DNA of 64,000 bases, from the NCBI RefSeq assembly GCF_004010195.1, contig NC_057719.1, forward strand, positions 52,568,608 through 52,632,607, read 5' to 3'. The position numbers and the translations under genes are program-made. Shown here piece by piece: positions 1 to 12,959 of the stretch. The notes below the pieces were generated by a model that was not told the DNA's origin, searched no databases, and saw only the letters and a program-made list of their open reading frames with translations. Numbering within the stretch: position 1 is the stretch's first letter; each line of letters starts with the position of its first letter. Origin of the DNA: Chiloscyllium plagiosum (Eukaryota).

Positions 1-29
1 TCACCTGCTGCAGCAGAACTTGTGACCTG

Positions 30-960
30 AAGGCATTGGTGGCCAATCTATCTTGATCAAGGTGATAGCTGCACTAGATATTTATGCCACTGGCTGCTTC
101 CAAGGAAATGCTGGGGACCTGTGTGAGCTCTCTCAGTTTTTGACCCACAAATGTATTAAAGCTGATATTAATGTAATTTGTGCCAGGTCACATCACTTCA
201 TTTAATTTCCCTGTGACCAGGTCAATGCTACCCAGGCTTTGTTAACATAGATACCTTCCTATTGGAACAGGGCACTATAAACAGTACACATATTACATTG
301 ACAGCTCTTTATTATACACTTCATCAACAGAAAAGTGTTCCATTCCATCAATGTGCAAGTCATCTGTGATCACCGGGACCAAATCTTAGAAGTCTGCATC
401 AGATATCCTGGGAGCTGAACTGATGCCTAAATTCCTGAGAACTCCTCATTTCTGTCTTCATTTCACAGGCCAAATGCCTTTACAACTATGTCTGATGACT
501 CCGCTATGCCACCACTTGACTAAGGCTGAGAATAGGTACTTGTGCAGTCCGTTCTTCCACCTGAGCTATAGTGGTGTAGACCCCAGGCCTCCTGAGTCTG
601 TGGTTCTGAAGCTAGAATCTGTCAGGGGAGTTGGGATAGAGAGGTGCCTTGCAGAATAGTATAGAAAATCTGAGATGAAGAGAAATGTTTTCTCTGAGAG
701 AGTGGTGAGCCTGTGGAATTCTCCGTCACAGGAAGCAGTTGAGGCCAAAACATTGAATGCTTTCAGGAAGAAGATAGACATAGTTCTTAAGGTTAAAGTG
801 ATCAAACAGTTGAAAGCAGGAGCAAGTATTGTGTTGTATGATTAGCCATAATTGTATTGAATGGTTGCGCAGCCTAAATGGCATACTTCTGATCCTATTT
901 TCTACGTTTCAACACGCCCAACATGCTGTACTCTCTACAACTGGAGTGGCAAAGAGGGGA
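30..960 (+). mobile_element. Decayed PIF/Harbinger DDE transposase (HARBI1-like) remnant, interrupted by a CR1 fragment
   Basis: Manual translation from 71 gives ALDIYATGCFQGNAGDLCELSQFLTHKCIK, followed by QGTINSTHITL, FINRKVFHSINVQVICDH..YPGS*TDA and LMTPLCHHLTKAENRY; after the CR1 insert comes TCCTLYNW. These follow the order of HARBI1-type motifs, with stops and frameshifts. Confidence 0.85.
640..910 (+). mobile_element. CR1 LINE 3' end fragment
   Basis: RNVFSERVVSLWNS-like coding remnant followed by a CR1 3'UTR; closely similar to 46290-46640. Confidence 0.75.
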
Positions 961-1111
961 TGTGTAATCCACTGAGAGATTGTGGTATTATGGCGCCTTG
1001 GAATTTTGCGTGGTTGTTGAACCTCTTGCAATCCCCAATCTCTAAGGGACAGTATCTGTTTTGAAGGTCTAAATGGATTTTATTTCAAAACTATCTTAAA
1101 TCAAATCTATA
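958..1111 (+). repeat. Copy 1 of ~155 bp dispersed direct repeat (copy 2 at ~3264-3421)
   Basis: tatctgttttgaaggtctaa..gattttatttcaaaactatcttaaat.aaatcta occurs at 1053 and 3363, with weaker similarity extending ~95 bp upstream. Confidence 0.8.
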
Positions 1112-1559
1112 TCTGAATACTGGAGAGCATTCTTTCGAGGATGAAATTGAGGACATTGAGTAAGAGGGACATTGCTTCACTACGATAGAGTTGCAGCGTT
1201 GGGTACAACACACTGAACAACATTTATTTGACACTTAGTTCCAATAGTTCTAGATGAATTTCATGGAATATTGCATTGTAGTAATGTCAGGAAAACCTTA
1301 AACAGTGATAGATATAAGAAGAGATAACTATGGGGCTGACTTGATAGGGCAGTTAAAAATAGGAACAGGATTCTTAACTTAACAGGGGAATAGAGAACAA
1401 AACCGAAGTTATGTTAAAATGTTTTAATATCCCACCTGGACTATTGTGGTCAACAGTAGACACAATACTGTGGAGAGGTTATCCAAAAGATTAACTAAAA
1501 TGGAACTAGAAAGTACACATTATGCTGTTGGAGGTAGTATATTGGGTTGGACTGAAAAT

Positions 1560-2632
1560 TGACTCATGGGCAGTAAAGAGTGAGTGGGAATAAGAGATTC
1601 CTTCAGGTTGATGACTGGTGACTAGTGGGGTTCCACGGGGATCCATGCTGGGACCACAACTATTTACAAAATATATTAATGAACTTGGAGGAAGAAAGTA
1701 AATATATTGCAGCCAAATTTGTAGATGATACAAAAATAGGTGGAAAGACAAGCTGAGAGAAGGATGTAAACCATCTAAACAGAGATATTGTTAGATTTAG
1801 TAATTAGGCAAAAAGTTGACAAATGGAGTATAATGTGGGAAGATGTGACATTGTTCATTTTGGAAAGAAGAACAAGAGAACAGTGTATTATTTAGACAGA
1901 GAGCAACTGCAGAAAGCTGCAATAGAAGGGGACTTGGGGGTAATTGTGCATGAAATGCAGAAAGCTAGCAGACAGATGCAGTGGGTAATCAAGAAAGCAA
2001 GTGAAAATTGGCCCTTATATCAAGGGGTTTGGAGTATAAGGTTAGGGAAATCTTACTGCAACTACAAATTGAAAATGAGACCATATCAGGAGTACTTGTG
2101 AGCAGTTTTGATCCGCATGTTTGAGGAAAGATATAATTTAGTTAGAGGCAGTTCAGCAAACATTTGCGAGGATGATCCCTGGTATGGAGGGATTGTCTTA
2201 TGAGCAAAGGTTGGGACTCTGCTCATTAGAATTTAGAAAAATGGCAGGTGATCTCATTGAAATATATAAGATTCTGAAGGGGTTTGATAGGGTAAATGCT
2301 GAGAGGATGTTTACCCTTGGGGGAAGTCTAGGACTAGAGGACATAGACTCAGAATTACATGGTACCAATTTAGACTGAGAGAAAGAGGAATTTCTTTTCT
2401 TAGAAAGTTGTGAGCCATTGCAACTCCTTGCCACAGAAATTTGTGGGGGCAGATTTATTTTGTATGTTTAGGATAGATTCTTGATCAGTCAGGAAATCAA
2501 GGGTTACAGGAAAAACTCAGGGAAGAATGTTGGATCAACCATGATCCTATTGGACGATTTCCATTCCAAGATCCCAGTTCAAGGGGCTGAATGGTCTACT
2601 ATTCTTCCTATTTCTCATGGTCTTATGGTCTT
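1560..2632 (+). mobile_element. CR1 LINE, RT and 3' end (pseudogenised)
   Basis: SGVPRGSMLGP, MEYNVGRCDIVHFGKKN and LGLCSLEFRKM motifs; ggtcttatggtctt tail. Confidence 0.9.
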
Positions 2633-2874
2633 CCGAGACTGAGGAAACTGGAATAGCCCCCCTGACATTAGAGATGGTTAAGGAGAGATTTGATAGAGAT
2701 GTACATGGAATCTTAAATGATCTAACATAATAAATAAAGAAAAACTACTTATTTTGACCAAACGTTGGTGAAAAAAGTTTGATAAAAACAGATCCAAGTC
2801 TATTAGGTTGAATTCAACAGATGATTACGTACATCCTACGTCCACCCACCCCCAAACACGTGATATGCAACAAG

Positions 2875-3093
2875 AAAAAACAAAGCACTGCTGATGCTGG
2901 AAATCAGAAACAAAAATAGAAATTGCTGGAAAAACTCACCTGGTCTAGCAGTATCTCTGGAAAGAAGGCAGAGTTAATGTTTTGGGTCCAGTGTGTTCTG
3001 AAGAAAGGGTCACTGAACCCTAAATGTTAACTTTACTTTCTCTTCACACATGTTGTTAGACCTGCTGAGATTTTCCAGCAATTTCTGTTTTTG
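2875..3093. mobile_element. Palindromic Penelope-terminus-derived mini-element
   Basis: Inverted arms (agaaattgctggaaaaactc... / ...gagattttccagcaatttct). Same sequence family as the 3' end of the PLE at 26861. Degenerate CTGAAGA hammerhead core near 2998-3030. Confidence 0.75.
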
Positions 3094-4886
3094 AACATGA
3101 TGCTCATTTCCATTTATCAATAACAGTACATCCATATTAGCATAATTATGCAGACTGAGTTCCAAATGTCCAGAATCCATTTCATGGCTCTAACTTGCGT
3201 GTGCCAGAGTTTAGAAGCACATTCAAGTTATTTCTTCTATTTATGAAGTGATATGTGGTATTAGGATGAAATCCAGCAAGAGATTTACTGTGGTATTTTG
3301 TCCTCCAGAAATGTGTGTGATTGTTCAATCTCTTGCAGTTTTTCCAACACTCTAACAGACACTATCTGTTTTGAAGGTCTAAGTCGATTTTATTTCAAAA
3401 CTATCTTAAATGAAATCTACACTTTTTAACTAACTCCTTCCTTCTAAAAAGTTTGAAATGGCATTCTTTAAAGAAAAATCAATTTAACTGTTGAAAGTAT
3501 CCCCATACAAAAAAAATTGGAGTCAATTGCAATACTACTTTAGTAAGGTCATCTTTGTTGATTCAATTTAATGAAACCACAACAAAGTTTTTGTATAACG
3601 GGTGAAGTTTTGTGATTTATAAAATCTGATGTTAGATGGATCAGTCGTCCACACTAACAAAGGAGTCAGTCTGATGTTCATTTCTTCAGTGTCTTGTAGA
3701 TGGTGGATAGGCTGAAAGTGCCTCCAGATGTCATGTGTTGTTCAATTAATTTCAAATAGGCTACTGCAAAAAAAAGTTCTTCACATGGTAACCACCTAGG
3801 AAATTTTTTTTTTAGAATGAAAAAGTACAGAACAGGATAGAAATCTGCAAAAATACAGGTTTCAGATAATGTAGAAAATAACATATTCATGACATTATCA
3901 CAATTAGGAACATGATTATACTTATGAACAATTTAGTTATGTATCTGTCATTGCACATCATGCTACCATGCTATAATTTATGAACATTGACTTGTGAACT
4001 CCTCTGACTGAGAATGAATATCTCACATAAGAAAATTGGATAATACACTTGATAATGTGCTAGTGAAATGCTAGTAAGGAAATAGAATTTAAGTTTGCTT
4101 GTAATATTGATTGTTATATTTGCATGCATGGCAATAATAGGTTACCTGCTCAGTTAAAAGGCCACTGGTGCCAATCATTTGATTTCCAGCAATTTAAATA
4201 AACAATCTCATCTCTTTATATTGAGAAAACTGCAATCCAACAAACCCTAAGAGAATAGCACTTTCTTCCTTGACTGTGCTTTTTCTTTTTTGTTTTTGGA
4301 TCGTGCAATAATAGTTACCTCTATCCTTGTATCAGCTGGCAATATAAATATCTGGGCAAATATTGTTTAAATTACTACAGGTATCTAGGCTGATTTCTGA
4401 CATGTTTGCATTTCACCATTAAAAATTTTGATATCTTTTTGTGCTTTGAATGAATTATCCTTTCCCATAGTAAAAACACTGTTGGTTTACTGATCTGTAT
4501 GTAGATTGATGAAGGTCAGGCTCATCATTTGGCATTGTTGATGTTAAACTAAACCCTAACATTGTAACCACCCGAGTGCCCCAAAAATACCTGAGATAGT
4601 TTGGAAATTGTTTCAAAGTATTGTGACACAAGGTACTTGTAAAGATTTTTTTAGTTAGCTGCTGATGTGTAGCAATGTTTTGGATAATGCAATTTGCAAA
4701 TTTTGCTTTCTTTTCATTGGCCATTAGAATTCACAATTTATTATTATAGACTCTCGGGCAATCAAATATCTCAACACTTGTGCATGCAAGTTCCTTATAT
4801 TTTTCATCTCTCCAAAGCTTTGTTGTTCCCTTCCCCTTTATCTTTGCTCCTATCCTGAAGTAAGATAGGGTGGGCTTAATGTGGAA

Positions 4887-5012
4887 AAAGTGAGGACTGC
4901 AGATGCTGGAGATCAGAGCTGAAAATGTGTTGCTGGAAAAGCACAGCAGGTCAGGCAGCATCCAAGGAGCAGGAGAATCGACGTTTCGGGCATAAGCCCT
5001 TCTTCAGGAAAG
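4887..5012 (-). mobile_element. Short Penelope-terminus-derived insert with 11-bp TSD
   Basis: TTAATGTGGAA at 4876-4886 and 5013-5023; the body is homologous to the PLE 3' end at 12175-12301. Confidence 0.85.
4975..5012 (-). ncRNA. Minimal type I hammerhead ribozyme motif (Penelope-associated), core intact
   Basis: Minus strand reads ttc-CTGAAGA-A-GGGC-ttat-GCCC-GAAAC-GTC-gat: conserved core, 4-bp stem II, palindromic ACGU stem III and GUC cleavage triplet. Stem I is weak. Confidence 0.7.
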
Positions 5013-5131
5013 TTAATGTGGAACATAAACACCAACATTGATTTTCGGGTTCAATAGCTTGTCATTGTGTTGCAAATGCTAAGCAGTTCTCTAGGAGATA
5101 ATTGGGAGAAAAAAAATCTTTCCAGAGTAGA

Positions 5132-5340
5132 ATGAAACAAAGAACTGTGGACGCTAATGCTCAAAAACAAAAACTGAAATTGCTAGAAAAACTTAACAGA
5201 TCTGGTAGCGCCTGTGGAGGGAAAGCAGAGTTAATGTTTCTGAAGCATCACTGGACTCGAAAAGCTAACTCTGCTTTCTCGCCACAGGTGCTCCTAGACC
5301 TGTTGAGTTTTTCAAGCAATTTCTGCTTTTGTCTCCTTCA
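5132..5340. mobile_element. Palindromic Penelope-terminus-derived mini-element (degenerate)
   Basis: Inverted arms gaaattgctagaaaaactta / gagtttttcaagcaatttc; same family as 2875-3093. Confidence 0.7.
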
Positions 5341-5494
5341 ATAGTAGAGTTAGGCCAAGGGTTTAAAATATATGGTGTAATCTAGAATTAGACTCTGTTT
5401 ATTTTGGACAACAACAATATTTTTAACAGTGAGAGACTTCATGCAGCAAATGGATTCACCCAGACTGTGGAGGTCAAATGTTACAGGGCAATTG

Positions 5495-5860
5495 GGGCAG
5501 AACAGTTGCTCAGTAGTTCGCACTGCTACCTCACAGCACCAGGGACTTGGATTCGATTCCAACCTCAGGTGACTGTCTGTATGGAATTTTGCATGTTCAC
5601 CCCATGTCTGTGTGAGTTTCTGCTGGGTGCTATTGTTTCCTTCCACAATCCACAGATATGCAGGTTAGGTGGATTAGCCATGCAAACTTATCCCGTAGTA
5701 TCCAGGGATGTGCAGGCTAGGTGAATTCATATGAAACCATAGTAAATAGGGGGTTACAGGGATAGGGTCAGGGGTGTGTCTAGGTGGGTTACTCTTCGGA
5801 GGGTCACTGCAGATTCGATGGGCTGAATGACCTCTTCCCATACAATAGGGATTCTATGAT
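5495..5860 (+). mobile_element. HE1-like V-SINE
   Basis: tRNA-like head (cactgctacctcacagcaccaggg..ttcgattcc), V-domain-like gactgtctgt.tgga.tttgcatgttc, and CR1-like tail gattctatga. Confidence 0.85.
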
Positions 5861-7369
5861 GTATGCACTAAATGGATTGGGCAGGTAGTTATGTGAAGGT
5901 TTCATTGTGACATGCTATTTTTGAAAAAAAAAACAATTTTTTTTGATCAATACTAAATTGTTAAGATATTCAAAACATTAACATGATCAGGTCGTATTAT
6001 TTGAGGCTTAGTGAGCTGTTATCTGTATGATCAGATTGGTGCATGGATGGGTTGGGGTGTAGTTACTGTTACGAGCGCATGTTCTTAAACTCCACTTTAA
6101 CCACTGAATTATGTTATTATGTTGTCGGCCATTTTCCATTTGCTTAATGTGAGTTTGGAAATTACAAACCAACTGTAATTCAGTATGAGAAATATTAGCA
6201 GGAGTCCATTAATATCTCTTCATAGCTCTTAGTCTTCTGACCCACTGAATTATTTGTCAACTTTCTTCCCACATCTAATCAGGTTTCTAAGAAAAGGTGA
6301 GGTCATCATATACATTGCCTGCCTTAACAATTTATTCAAGTCAGTAGCAAGCTTTAGATTCTAAGAGACACACAGATTTCTAACAGCAACAATCAGAATT
6401 TCTTTCTAAAGATACGCTTCTCAATGAGGTTCTTAAATGATTCATTATATTGTACATTCTTTTTGTCTCCTGCTTTTCAGCAGGTAGAACTCGTACCTTC
6501 ACATGAAAGGCATCTGTGCAGACACCCCCAAACAATCTTTCATTATTATTATTATGCAGTAAGTGACTTCTATTTGATAAAGTGATACTTATAAATAATA
6601 CGACTGCTTTACAATCTGGTTGAATAAACTCCACAGAGTACAGTCAGTTAGTGAGAATCTAAACCAAGGGGAGTACAAGTTGAATGGTAGCAAACAAAAG
6701 CAAACAACAGCAGTTACTTACTTGTTATTAACTATCTGACTTTTCAGCAGATGAGACACAATTGATTTGAGAACATAATGGATATCAAAATAATTTCAAT
6801 GCAGTGTTCTGTATGCTCAGCAATACTTAGCAAATGGAAAAAAAAGGAGAAATTGTTAAAAAAGCTGAAAAGAAACTTTATCTCATATTGTGCCTTCCAG
6901 AAATTATTCAGTGTGACTACAACTATCAGGCAGTATTCGGGTGTTCAGTGTCAATAGTTGCATTCTGGAACTAATACTTCTGCCAGAATAGGTCTTCTAC
7001 AATTTTCTAGCAAGGCCCTGAATCAAACTGATGAAGCGAATTTGTGGAAGGTGAGTTTCAGCCGTTGGTTCAAAATACACCAATTGAATGAAGTGCAGAG
7101 CATATTAATTCCTACACTGTTTTAAAATGCCACTAGACAATTAATCATTGATTCAGCCTTCAGATCATCAAGAAAATGACATAAAATGTGCGGCTCAGAG
7201 TTCCAGAAGTCAGGAACAGATGGGATCAGTTTCCAGGGAGTTCTGTAAGAATCCCTTGCTGCTGAGAAGGTGAGGCATTAGGGATGACAATTGGGATTTG
7301 GGAGTTTTTTTTTGCAGAGTACCCAGAAAGTGTCACTTCTGATTCTTGTGATGCTCCAAAAGAATGTTG

Positions 7370-8620
7370 AGTTTGAGTTTGATTTATTGTTGTCATATGT
7401 ACCAAGATACAGTGAAAAGTGTTTTGCATGCACAACAGGCAGAGTTTACCATACAAAATGCATCAGGGTAGTAAAAAATAGTGCAGAATACAGAGTTGCA
7501 ACTGCAGAGAAGCTGCAGAGAGAGAGAGAAAGATCAACATTAACATTTAAGAGGTCCATTCAAAAGTCCGATGACAGCAGGGAAGAAGCTGTTCACGAAT
7601 CGCATATTTTCAAACTTTTAAATCTTCTGTCTGACGGAAGATGGTGGAAGAGAGTATAACCGGAGTGGGAGGGGTCATTGATTATGTTGGTTGCTTTCTT
7701 GAGTCAGCAAGAAGTATAAATGGAGTCAATGGATGGAAGATCAGTTTGTGTGATGGACAGGACTGTGTTCATGACTCTCTGCATTTTCTTGTGGTCTTGG
7801 CGAAGAGCAGTTGCCATACCACACTGTGATGTTTTCAGATAGGATGCTTTCTATGGTGCATCTATAAAAATTGGCAAGAGTCTTTGTGGAACTGCTGAAT
7901 TTTCTTAGTCTCCTGAGGAGGTTGAGATGTTGTTGTGCTTTCCTGACTGTCATGTTGGTATGTGTGGACCAGGACAGATTGTTGGTGATCATCACTCCCA
8001 GGAACTTGCTGCTCTCAATCATCTCCACCTCAGCACCATTGAAGCAGACAGATGCATCCCCTCTACTCCACTTCCTGAATTAAAGATCAGCTCCTTCATT
8101 TTACTGATGTTAATGGAGAGATTGTTGTCTTTATACCTTGCCACTAAGCACTCAAACTCTTTCCTGTATTCTGTTTTGTCGTTGTTTGAGATCCGATCTA
8201 CAACAGTGATGTCATCAGTACACTTGGAAATGGAGTTGGGACAGAATTTGGCCATACAGTTGGGTGTGTAAGAAGTATAGTAGATGGCTGAGTACGTAGC
8301 CTTGCAGGCACTGGATTTGAGGATTATGGTAGAGGAGATGCTGTTGGCTATTCTTACTGATTGCAGACTATGGATCAGGAAGTTTAGGATCCAGTTACAG
8401 ATGGGGATGCTGAGACCTAGGTCTTGGAGTTTAGAGATGAGTTTGTTTGGAATTATGGTGTTGAACGCAGAGCTATAGTCAACAAGTAGGAGCCTGATGT
8501 AGGTATGCTTGTTTTCCAGATATTCCAAGGATGAGTGTAGGGCCAGGGAAATGATGTATGCCGTGGACCTGTTGTGCCAGTAGGCGAATTGAAAAAGATC
8601 AAAGCAATTTGGTAGGCTGG
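7370..8620 (-). mobile_element. Rex1/Babar-type LINE, RT and 3' end
   Basis: YIRLLLVDYSSAFNTIIPNKLISKL, KFLGVMITNNLSW and LANFYRCTIESIL..ITVWYGNCS. Confidence 0.85.
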
Positions 8621-11166
8621 AGCTGAAGTCAAAAAACTAAGGGACAAATTAAATGGAGTACTAATACCAGTGAATCGGATGGATTCATAAATAGACATAA
8701 TGTTTTATTGGAATTCACATTGTCAATGTTATCTGTTGTCTGATATTTTTGTCTGGAGACCATATGTGTCAGAAATGGAATTAATTTAGCAGACGTAAAT
8801 TGTCTGTAAATTTAATTGTGTAGCTACTACAACTTTCTAATGACAGGTTTTTAACACTGCGAGATGAGTAGTGCGAAACATTCTTTTGAGACAGACTGGA
8901 CATGATTATTGAAGTGATTTAATCCCACATAGCACAGCAATGCCTCTAGCATCTGGTGCAGTTAATAAAGGACTTCTGTATCCTGTCACTTGATAATGGC
9001 AGTTGAATGTTCCATTTCTTGGAAGAAAGCCCAAAGGTATTGATAGGTACAGCACTGAAGGAACTTCATATTTGCTGTCAAACACATTATGTAAGGACAA
9101 ACCATTTCATGTACAGAATACTCTATCTCCAGCATTTTATCATCAGAAACCAGCAGATTTAAGATTGATAATATAATTTCAGCCTTTGTGTTTGAAGAAG
9201 TCCCTATTTTGATTATCACTGTCCACGTTCAGGTTTCGACACAACAAGTATTTAACATAAATTAAATTGGATATTCACATGGAAATATTCCACCTGATAT
9301 ATTACAACATAGCTGGTAAAGACATTGTCTAGCAAGATGCTGGGATATATTCTTGTCTTAAACAAGCCACTCATAAGGTGTCATCATTTAGTTATTTTTA
9401 AAAAGAAATCCTTAGCTAAATCTGCTAATAAAAAAAAACATGTCTAATGAAACTTCCCATATAGGCAGAAGTGTTCAACAGGATCATGACTGATCTACTG
9501 TTTCCACACCATTTTCTCACACTATTCTCATTACCGTTAATAGTTAGAATACTTAAAAAAATTGAAAAATAATGACTTTTCATTTTGCATTCATCAGGAT
9601 AATTGACAAGATATACCAATGTAAAGGGGAAACAACACTGATACTGTCCGAAAGAAGAATGCTGATTAGTTGACAAGTAGATTCTGGTACAGATGTTGCC
9701 ATGGAAATTGCACTGGTAAGATGATGACTGTCAGTTAACTGTTAAGCTTTGTTTAATTTTCAAATCAGTCAGATTGACTCTGACTGGTCAAGCTACTACC
9801 TTGATACATGAACCAGAAATTGACTGCAACCTGTTTTGTTGAGTTGAAATAGGCACAGAATCAGATCCTGTCTATTAACATATATGTTAATTCCAGTACA
9901 CACAAGTGCACCACACTTTAAGCTCGACTGACAATGCTAAATTGGTGCCCACATAATTCAGCCTTCATTTCTGTACTTTGGAGATATCAAATGGATTGCT
10001 GCCTAAGAGATCATTTTGCTGATATAATCATTCTCAATACTTTGTTGCTTACTATTTAAATACCCAACCCTGATCTTTTATTTCTTCAACTCCTCAGACT
10101 TCTCTGACAAAAGACAGCATTCTATTTACCTTTTTTAATGACTTAACTTATGATAAATCCTTAGTAGAGCTTATTACCTATTCCATGTATAATAAATATC
10201 CTGCATGTTTTATTATTTTAAAACAACTGTAAGAAAGCTCAGAATGCAGAATAGACACAAGCAATGGACGGGCTATGCTGAATGGCCGATTTCTGTTTTG
10301 CTTTTATTTCTTCTGTGTAATATAAATGCATGTCATCATAATCTTTGATTATTCCCCTGCATTGTGACTTTAATATTCAATTTAATCAAACTTGACAGTG
10401 ATTCATCAGGCAGACAGAAAACTGTTAGGTGAAAGCAGAGAGCTCTTGCAGTGCTACTTGAAGCATGTTGGAGCTACTACAGAAATACATTATGCTGCAC
10501 TGCATCATGAGACTAAGAAGGCAATTAGAGAAATGTGAAATAGGATCAATGGGATGCATTCATCCACAATTGTGGGCAATTATACAAGAATGATTCTGAA
10601 TTGTCTCTCAGAAGGCCAATGTCTGTTGTCAATCATGGTTGAAAAAACCTCTCTCCATGCCAATTACTGACAAACTGGTACTCTCCAACAAACCTAAGAA
10701 AACATCCTCAGGGTCAGAAGACTGAAGTAAGTGGCATCTGACCCAGCAGTTTGCTATTAAGGATCCAACTGCATTGGGATTGAAAAAGCTGTAGAAATGC
10801 AATTTGCTGAAAGAACTCCTTAATGAAATTTGGCACATGTCAGTGGGTTACACCATTTGCCTTGACAGACAATGATAGAATTTCTGTTGAATTCCTGGAA
10901 AAAAAAGCTCTTTTTAGGAGAGTGGGCGAAGAACAATTGAGATCTGGGAAATCAGCATCAGGAATCAAAGAATGAGTTCAGATCTACTTTTTAGAGACTA
11001 AAAGAATCACTTTCAATTGAGACAAGTATAATTTAAATGTCCCAAAGCATAGTTGAAGTTTCTATAATGAAGATGCATCAAGTGCATATAATTGCTATAG
11101 ATTATTTTTTTAAAATGTGCCGAGGTAAACAAGTCATTTTGTATCCAAGTGCTAAAGGCATCTTTT

Positions 11167-11490
11167 TTAGATTACTTACAGTGTGGAAACAGGCCCTTCA
11201 GCCCAACAAGTCCACATTAGATTAGATTACTTACAGTGTGGAAACAGGCCCTTCGGCTCAACAAGTCCACACCGACCCGCTGAAGCGGAACCCACCCAGA
11301 CCCATTCCCCTACACCTAACACTATGGGCAATTTAGCATGGCAAATTCACCTAACCTGCACTGGAGCACCCGAAGGAAACCCATGCAGACACAGGGAGGA
11401 ACTCCACACAGGCAGTTGCCTGAGGTGAGAATTGAACCCGAGTCTCTGGCAGTGTGAGGCAGCAGTGCTAACCATTGTGACACCGTGCCA
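11167..11490 (-). mobile_element. HE1-like SINE with duplicated 3' tail
   Basis: Reverse-strand tRNA-like head at ~11430-11490; ttagattacttacagtgtggaaacaggcccttc.gc.caacaagtccaca occurs twice in tandem. Confidence 0.88.
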
Positions 11491-11759
11491 TCCATCTTGT
11501 AGTTCATTGAATTCAGAAGTGACAAAAGAGTCTATAACCAAAATAGCCACAGCATAGATTGCAGTGATCAGACACAAGAAGTGATATTTTTGTGTGTAGT
11601 GGAGCTGTTTGATTGAAGAGCCTCTGTCTTCAACATTTTTAAACCCAGTGAGTGTTTCAATAGAACAAGGAGACAATTCATCTTGCCTACCTTGACGACA
11701 GTTAACTTAAAATGGCAGTCAGCCAAAAAAAAGGTGATGGCCAGATGTATTGGCTCTGC

Positions 11760-12301
11760 ACTAATCAACCACACCGTCCTGTGGCCCAACATTTCAACTC
11801 CCCCTCCCACTCTGCTGAGGATATGGAGGTCCTGGGCCTCCTTCACCGCTGCTCCCTCACCACCCAACGCCTGGAGGAAGAACGCCTCATCTTCCACCTC
11901 GGAACACTTCAACCCCAGGGCATCAATGTGGACTTCAACAGTTTCCTCATTTCCCCTTCCCCCACCTCACCCTGGTTCCAAACTTCCAGTTCAGCACCAT
12001 CCCCATGACTTGTCCTACCTGCCTATCTTCTTTTCCACCTATCCACTCCACCCTCCTCCCCGACCTATCACCTTCATCCCCTCCCCCACTCACCTATTGT
12101 ACTCTATGCTACTTTCTCCCCACCCCACCCTCCTCTCATTTATCTCTCCATCCTTCAGGCAGCCTGCCTGTATTCCTGATGAAGGGCTTTTGCCCGAAAC
12201 TTCGATTTTACTGCTCCTCGGATGCTGCCTGAACTGCTGTGCTTTTCCAGCACCACTAATCCAGAATCTGGTTTCCAGCATCTGCAGTCATTGTTTTTAC
12301 C
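11760..12301 (+). mobile_element. Penelope-like element 3' fragment (GIY-YIG C-terminus + terminal repeat)
   Basis: PVAQHFNSPSHS..EERLIFHLGTLQPQGINVDF, then a C-rich tract and a terminal repeat with a hammerhead core. Confidence 0.9.
12172..12207 (+). ncRNA. Minimal hammerhead motif, stem III mutated
   Basis: CTGATGA-A-GGGC-tttt-GCCC-GAAAC-TTC; a G>T change breaks the ACGU palindrome. Confidence 0.6.
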
Positions 12302-12959
12302 TCTCTGTCCTTTGTAACCTCTCTCCATAAGGAATGGGAATTTGAGATATCACTATTTACAGACAAATGTGGAGGAATGTCCTGAATTGAAAATGTAACA
12401 TGTTCAAGGGTGTGGAGTTCCTGCTAATCCCCTTAAATTATTACAGACAGAGGAGAAGTTTGGTAAATTCCCAATTTCTCATCTCTCGACTGAGCAGAAG
12501 AAGATATATTTTAGAGGAGCGTTTTATCCTTTTGAGTCCTGTGATTTTAAGAACAGATACAAAATAGGCTTTCATGTAAATCCAAAGAAAAGATAACTTT
12601 ATTTCTCACAAAGTGCAAAATGTATTTATAACAGCTACACTTCACACATCAGGTTACACCACACAAGTAAATGTTATTCTAAACATGTAGGATGTAGTTA
12701 GTTTTCTTGAAGAGTTAATTTAAAAAAAGCAGTCACTTCTAATCTATCCTCGAAATAATAGTTGAAAAGCTGCAGGCTTCAAAGTTAGATGCACTGATGA
12801 ACATTGTATGTGGGAGGTTTCTGGAGATGAGTTACACGTCACATAACAGAAAGTTGGCATTGCAGTAAAAGTTGATTAAACTCTGTAGTGAAGAGCTATA
12901 ATCTTTCAGACATAATGAATAAGTCCCAAATCTCTGCCTAAGTTAAATCTTTTTAACAA

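Noticed and set aside
5495..5570. tRNA-like sequences here and at other HE1 heads
   Set aside because: They are SINE heads, not tRNA genes; no complete cloverleaf.
8900..9240. Overlapping short ORFs in unique sequence
   Set aside because: No recognisable protein motif or convincing splice sites in the frames I translated.
9625..9960. Possible ancient interspersed repeat
   Set aside because: It looks repeat-like, but I cannot assign a family or boundaries from the sequence alone.
11683..12330. Longest ORF in the track (215 aa, Pro/Ser-rich)
   Set aside because: It is an off-frame read-through of the Penelope 3' fragment and its C-rich tract, not a host gene.
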